Below, piece by piece: positions 59,733 through 64,000 of a DNA stretch of 64,000 nucleotides (positions are counted from its first letter, which is position 1; each line of letters starts with the position of its first letter). The translations under genes and the position numbers were made by a program. The notes beneath the pieces are model-generated. The model had not been told where the DNA came from and did not search any database. It saw nothing but the letters and a program-made list of their open reading frames with translations. Origin of the DNA: Leptospiraceae bacterium (GTDB lineage: Bacteria > Spirochaetota > Leptospiria > Leptospirales > Leptonemataceae); contig JAVJNR010000008.1 in NCBI GenBank assembly GCA_040217195.1, positions 160,001 to 224,000 of the forward strand, written 5' to 3'.

Positions 59733-59964
59733 TCCACTGAGACTTCCGAATTCCCGGGTTTAGAAAGCCAAATAAATTGGAATTCAGTTACTGAGTGGCG
59801 GTGTTTTGATTTAATTTGCGGAGATCTGAGCGTTTGTTTGGATCATCTCGCAGTTTGGGTCCAAACTGGAAATCGCCAACTGGCTAAAACTGACTTTCTA
59901 TTGAATTAATCGAGGATACAGGAGTTTACAGGAATCGGGCCAGATTTCCTGGCCCGGCAGAAGG

Positions 59965-60285
59965 CTAGGAGCCCATCATTTCCTGCAGTTCAGTTACAGC
60001 GCGATCTACTTCAATCACCTTGGTGCGATTAACGGCTTTTCGAAGGACCGTTTCCCATTGTTTTTCTGGCAAATCCTCTTTCAGCCCTTCCAGGCTTTCC
60101 AGGATATCCAGATCATCTCTGGTATTGAAAATCTCATTCATGTCATGACGGAATAGAGAGGCAAGATGCGTGATGTAGTAACCAGCATTCCGCTTTTCTC
60201 GGCCGACCTTTCTTTCAATTACTTCGACTTTCTTTTCTGCTCTTCGTAGTTCGCGTTGCCTTCTTTCGAGTTCTGTGCGTTTCAT
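59965..60285 (-). CDS. Small conserved-looking hypothetical protein
   Basis: 106-aa helical ORF with GGAGG RBS. Confidence 0.7.
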   Translation of the reverse strand: MKRTELERRQRELRRAEKKVEVIERKVGREKRNAGYYITHLASLFRHDMNEIFNTRDDLDILESLEGLKEDLPEKQWETVLRKAVNRTKVIEVDRAVTELQEMMGS

Positions 60286-60556
60286 GTTCGAACCCTCCGG
60301 GTTGGCTTTGCAGACATAGGTGTCTGCATTCTCTGTTTTAGACCGAAAAAGTGTGCTACTTGTTCGGTATGACCCTTTGAGATTGGGCCGCAGAAGAGAT
60401 CTTTTTCACCTTCCACTAAACAATGCCAGAATTTTGACCCTGGCTTTGCTGACCACTCTTTTTACCTGGTAACCAATGCATGGAACAATACGAAAATCTA
60501 TCGGATAGCCAGGAAAGGCTGGCATCCCTGCTGAGCAAAATCAAGAAGGATAGCCG

Positions 60557-61885
60557 GTGTATAGTATGCAGAAATTGTTAAACGGTCTTTATTTCATTAT
60601 CGGTAATCCCAGGTTTCACAGCCTTGAACATAGATTATTTTCAACCATTACCTTCGTGAATGGGCTTTCGAATCTGCTGGGTAGTTTTTCCAACCTGGGA
60701 CTGGAAATGGGAGTTCGGCTTTTCTATCTGAACTTTGGGACCGGTATCCTATTCTTTGTTCTATATTACTTTTCTCGATTCAAGTCTGTCTATCGCTCTC
60801 TTTACTGGCCTTTGATGTTTCTGATGTTTGGATTTCTTTCGGTTAACATTGTTCTCAATGCTGGATCCATGGGAGGTACTCATTATTATCTAATTCCTGC
60901 ACTGGTAATCGGTGTTATTCTCAGCAGAAACTGGAAAACAACCATCACTGTAATCATACTCAGTGGTGTGGTAACCCTGGCACTTTTCTTGATCGAACGG
61001 GAGACGAACCTGGTAGTTCCTTATGCTAGCAATCAGGAAAGATGGGAAGATGTCCTGGGACAATACTTCTTTGTTCAAATGTTTACCGGCATCCTGGTAG
61101 TTATCCTGGCAGGAAATTTTCAGGATGAAAGGGAGAAGTCGGAATCGCTACTACGGAACACTCTACCTCTTCCCATTGCAGATGAGCTAAAGCGAGAAAG
61201 AAAAGTGCAGCCCCGTCATTACGATGATGTAACAGTGCTTTTTACAGATTTCAAGGGCTTTACAGGTATTGCAGAGTCCATGAGTCCGCAGGAACTGGTT
61301 TCAGAACTGGATGAATGCTTTCGCGCCTTTGATAAAATCGTCAAAGGCTGCCAGCTAGAGAAGATAAAAACCATCGGCGATGCATACATGGCGGCTGGAG
61401 GTATTCCAGAGGAAAGCCATGATCATCCAATTCGCACAATCCAGGCCGCGCTGGAAATGCTGCGATTCATGGATCGCTGGAAAGAACAGAAAGAAAAAGA
61501 AGGCAAACCGAGCTGGGAGATTCGAATAGGAATTCATACTGGACCTCTAGTGGCCGGAGTCATAGGCACCGAAAAATTCGCCTACGATGTATGGGGAGAT
61601 ACAGTGAATCTGGCCAGCCGAATGGAATCCTCCGGGGAGCCGGGACGAATTAATATTTCAGGGCCTACCTACGAAAGAACCAAACGATTCTTCGACTGTG
61701 AACATAGAGGGCAGATTCAGGCCAAGAATAAGGGCCAGGTGGAGATGTATTTCATTAATGGACTGCTTCCCCATCTAAGGGATTCCGAGGATCCATTGAA
61801 ACCAAATTTTCTGTTCGAAAGTCAACTTCTGGATATGGCCCGAATGACTGACCAGGATCAAAGAATCGCCGCAAATGGGGCGTAA
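60557..61885 (+). CDS. Membrane-bound class III adenylate/guanylate cyclase
   Basis: About 6 TMs; FTDFKGFT, EKIKTIGDAYM, YDVWGDTVNLASRME. Confidence 0.93.
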   Translation: MYSMQKLLNGLYFIIGNPRFHSLEHRLFSTITFVNGLSNLLGSFSNLGLEMGVRLFYLNFGTGILFFVLYYFSRFKSVYRSLYWPLMFLMFGFLSVNIVLNAGSMGGTHYYLIPALVIGVILSRNWKTTITVIILSGVVTLALFLIERETNLVVPYASNQERWEDVLGQYFFVQMFTGILVVILAGNFQDEREKSESLLRNTLPLPIADELKRERKVQPRHYDDVTVLFTDFKGFTGIAESMSPQELVSELDECFRAFDKIVKGCQLEKIKTIGDAYMAAGGIPEESHDHPIRTIQAALEMLRFMDRWKEQKEKEGKPSWEIRIGIHTGPLVAGVIGTEKFAYDVWGDTVNLASRMESSGEPGRINISGPTYERTKRFFDCEHRGQIQAKNKGQVEMYFINGLLPHLRDSEDPLKPNFLFESQLLDMARMTDQDQRIAANGA

Positions 61886-62078
61886 CACTACCGGAAAGGA
61901 TTTTGCATATACAATCCAGAAGTCACCTCCATCACAGTAGACATTGGCGCTGCACCAGGCCAGGTTATCATTCCATTGTGATGTTTCCTGGATGGCCAGG
62001 GAGCTACTTTCTGCTCTTTGGTAGGAACAAGGTCGAACTATCAGAAAGGCTCATCTGTGCGAAAGGTATAAGTTAATT

Positions 62079-62681
62079 TCAGGCAGCCCGGTCCGGTTCC
62101 CTTCTATGAAAGTACAGATATTCAATGGCCTTTTTTAATGCCACGTTAATTGGAAATCTCTGCCCCTGAAGCCCGGGTTCGATTCCATACAATTCAAAAT
62201 GCAGATCTTGATAGTTTGGAATAAAAGCCAGACCGCTTCGCACTCTCTGAGAAATGCGATCTATTTCCCGGGGCCATGTGGATTTATGCAGCTTGCAAAA
62301 GACTGGAGCTACTTCTCCATTCTTATCATACCGAGAAGAGAAGCCGAACATCCGGCATAGATAGGGACGATTTGCATATACTGTACATCGACCATTTCCC
62401 TGGATGGAAGGGTCTCTGGAGTAATGAATGCAGGGGCCATGGCTATCGCCGGTTTCTTGCTCCAGTGAATCGTAGACTTCTTCAGCTCTGCCGGTTTCAT
62501 ACAGATCCCAGGCAAGTGGTAGAATCTCCAGTACTGTGGCTTCTACGTCCGGATTTTCGCAGCATTGACCGCATCCAGGGGGGCAACGAAAGCTTTCTTT
62601 CTGATTGAAAGATGTGATTTGAGAATCAATGCGTGCATAGACCTCCAGAACCTGGCCGATCAATGCATGAGGACCTTGCAA
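62079..62681 (-). CDS. YkgJ-family cysteine-cluster protein
   Basis: CPPGCGQCC, PC, CTVYANRPYLCR. Confidence 0.88.
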   Translation of the reverse strand: MQGPHALIGQVLEVYARIDSQITSFNQKESFRCPPGCGQCCENPDVEATVLEILPLAWDLYETGRAEEVYDSLEQETGDSHGPCIHYSRDPSIQGNGRCTVYANRPYLCRMFGFSSRYDKNGEVAPVFCKLHKSTWPREIDRISQRVRSGLAFIPNYQDLHFELYGIEPGLQGQRFPINVALKKAIEYLYFHRREPDRAA

Positions 62682-62734
62682 ATCTCTGTCTATGTCCGTA
62701 ATCCTAATAAGATCTCGGTAACCTGCAAAGTCAC

Positions 62735-64000
62735 CTAATGCGAAATGGCTGGACTGGCCTCCATGACTGCAAGCAATTTATGGAAAATCTCTGTGTTTTC
62801 GTAGGTGCCGGTGAAGGTTTCTGCTCCTGGCCCCCGGGCATACACAGGAACCATTTCCGCTGAATGCCCATGGGTTAGAAAATCGGACTTCTGTTTCTGG
62901 CCAGGACTGCCTTCCAGGATAGCATGGCCTCCGGTTTCATGGTCTGCGGTTACTATGATAAGGATGTTCTTTCCTTCCGTTTCCTGAAGGAGGGCTCCCA
63001 GGGTTTCATCCAGATCCATAAGCTCTGAGATTGCATAATCCGATGCATTGGCATGACCACCCCAATCAATCTGACTGCCTTCAATGAGCATAAGAAATGG
63101 TCTATCTCTGGACTCCAGTGTTCGAAGGCTTCGCAGGCTGGCCAGCTGCAAAAAATCCTTTCTATGTTCGGGTTCCGGTATAACAGAGAAATCAAGGTTT
63201 GCTTTCGTTTTGTCCGGAGCAGGCGATCCTGGTCCGGCTGAATCCCTGGTTTTTGATTTCTTAAAATACTTGATTCGATGCTCTACGCGAACCGGGGGAA
63301 GATGATCCCTGGCCAGAAGCCCTAGAAATCGATCCGTGGGTTCCCCGTTTATGCACAGGGTACTGCACTTGCTTTCCATAAATTTGGAATAATCCAGCTG
63401 CAGACCGTGGTACCTTAAGGAGTCCATTGCCGAATCAACACCTTCATTTGAAGCCGGATCAGAAGGGTCAGAAAGTAGGTTCTCCTTCGGTAGATGGGTC
63501 GGGGAGGCTTCCTCAGGAAGTAGCTTTGCCAGTGCTGGAATAAAATAGTCCCGGCCTCCACCTATTAGAATATCCGGAGGGTTCTGTGCGATCTGGTTTG
63601 CAATGGTTTCATCATTATGCCGATTTCGAATGTGCACAAATGCTCCGGCTGGAGTTGCATGGGTAACAGAGCTTGTGGAAATGATTGCAGTGCTCCAGTT
63701 ACGGCTTTTTGCAATTTCGAAAAAAGTAGTTACTCGATTGCTCCGGGAGTCCAGGCCGATCCATTCATTATAGGTCTTATGCCCGGAAAGCATGGCTGTA
63801 ATGGCAGCTGCAGAATCTGTAACACTTCCAGTAGCACTACTGGTTTTCTGAAGCCCTACCACTGGCATCGTTTCTAGATACAATGGCCTTCCTTTTTCCA
63901 GAGAGGCCTCACTGATCATAGAAAGCCCCATTCCATCACCTATGATTATTATGATTCCCTGCAGCGGCTGAGGCTGGTAGTCATCTGCCGGAGAGCATGC
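62735..64000 (-). CDS. phoA: Alkaline phosphatase (5' end beyond window)
   Basis: Frame open to 64000 (IIIIGDGMG); VTDSAAA, THATPA, EGSQIDWGGH, TADHETG. Confidence 0.9.
   Translation of the reverse strand, partial: ACSPADDYQPQPLQGIIIIIGDGMGLSMISEASLEKGRPLYLETMPVVGLQKTSSATGSVTDSAAAITAMLSGHKTYNEWIGLDSRSNRVTTFFEIAKSRNWSTAIISTSSVTHATPAGAFVHIRNRHNDETIANQIAQNPPDILIGGGRDYFIPALAKLLPEEASPTHLPKENLLSDPSDPASNEGVDSAMDSLRYHGLQLDYSKFMESKCSTLCINGEPTDRFLGLLARDHLPPVRVEHRIKYFKKSKTRDSAGPGSPAPDKTKANLDFSVIPEPEHRKDFLQLASLRSLRTLESRDRPFLMLIEGSQIDWGGHANASDYAISELMDLDETLGALLQETEGKNILIIVTADHETGGHAILEGSPGQKQKSDFLTHGHSAEMVPVYARGPGAETFTGTYENTEIFHKLLAVMEASPAISH

Overview
A 64-kb bacterial chromosomal segment, most consistent with a Leptospiraceae-like spirochaete. 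That call is inferred from the spirochaetal-type lipoprotein signals, an MbnP/MbnH copper cluster of the leptospiral type and several class III cyclases. Positions ~1-9.8 kb form an accessory defence-type island. It holds a 5'-truncated type I R-M hsdM carrying an in-frame insert of two palindromic repeats plus a DUF559-like nuclease, then hsdS. After these come a tight three-gene module (beta-class DNA MTase, MORC/GHKL ATPase, SAM-MTase-like protein) and a frameshifted HIRAN gene whose 3' end is duplicated around two cargo genes. The remainder looks like core genome: rtcB, a DUF2946-mbnP-mbnH operon, a 1,449-aa coiled-coil sensor-like protein, tRNA-Ala(TGC), cyclases, tldD/tldE, GGDEF-EAL, an SGNH hydrolase, otsAB, mltG, 5-oxoprolinase, an Fe-S oxidoreductase, an mqnC-like radical SAM and others. 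A five-unit array of covarying hairpin repeats lies directly upstream of the SGNH gene. No integrase, transposase or CRISPR array was seen. All family calls come from motifs recognised by eye; no database search was run.
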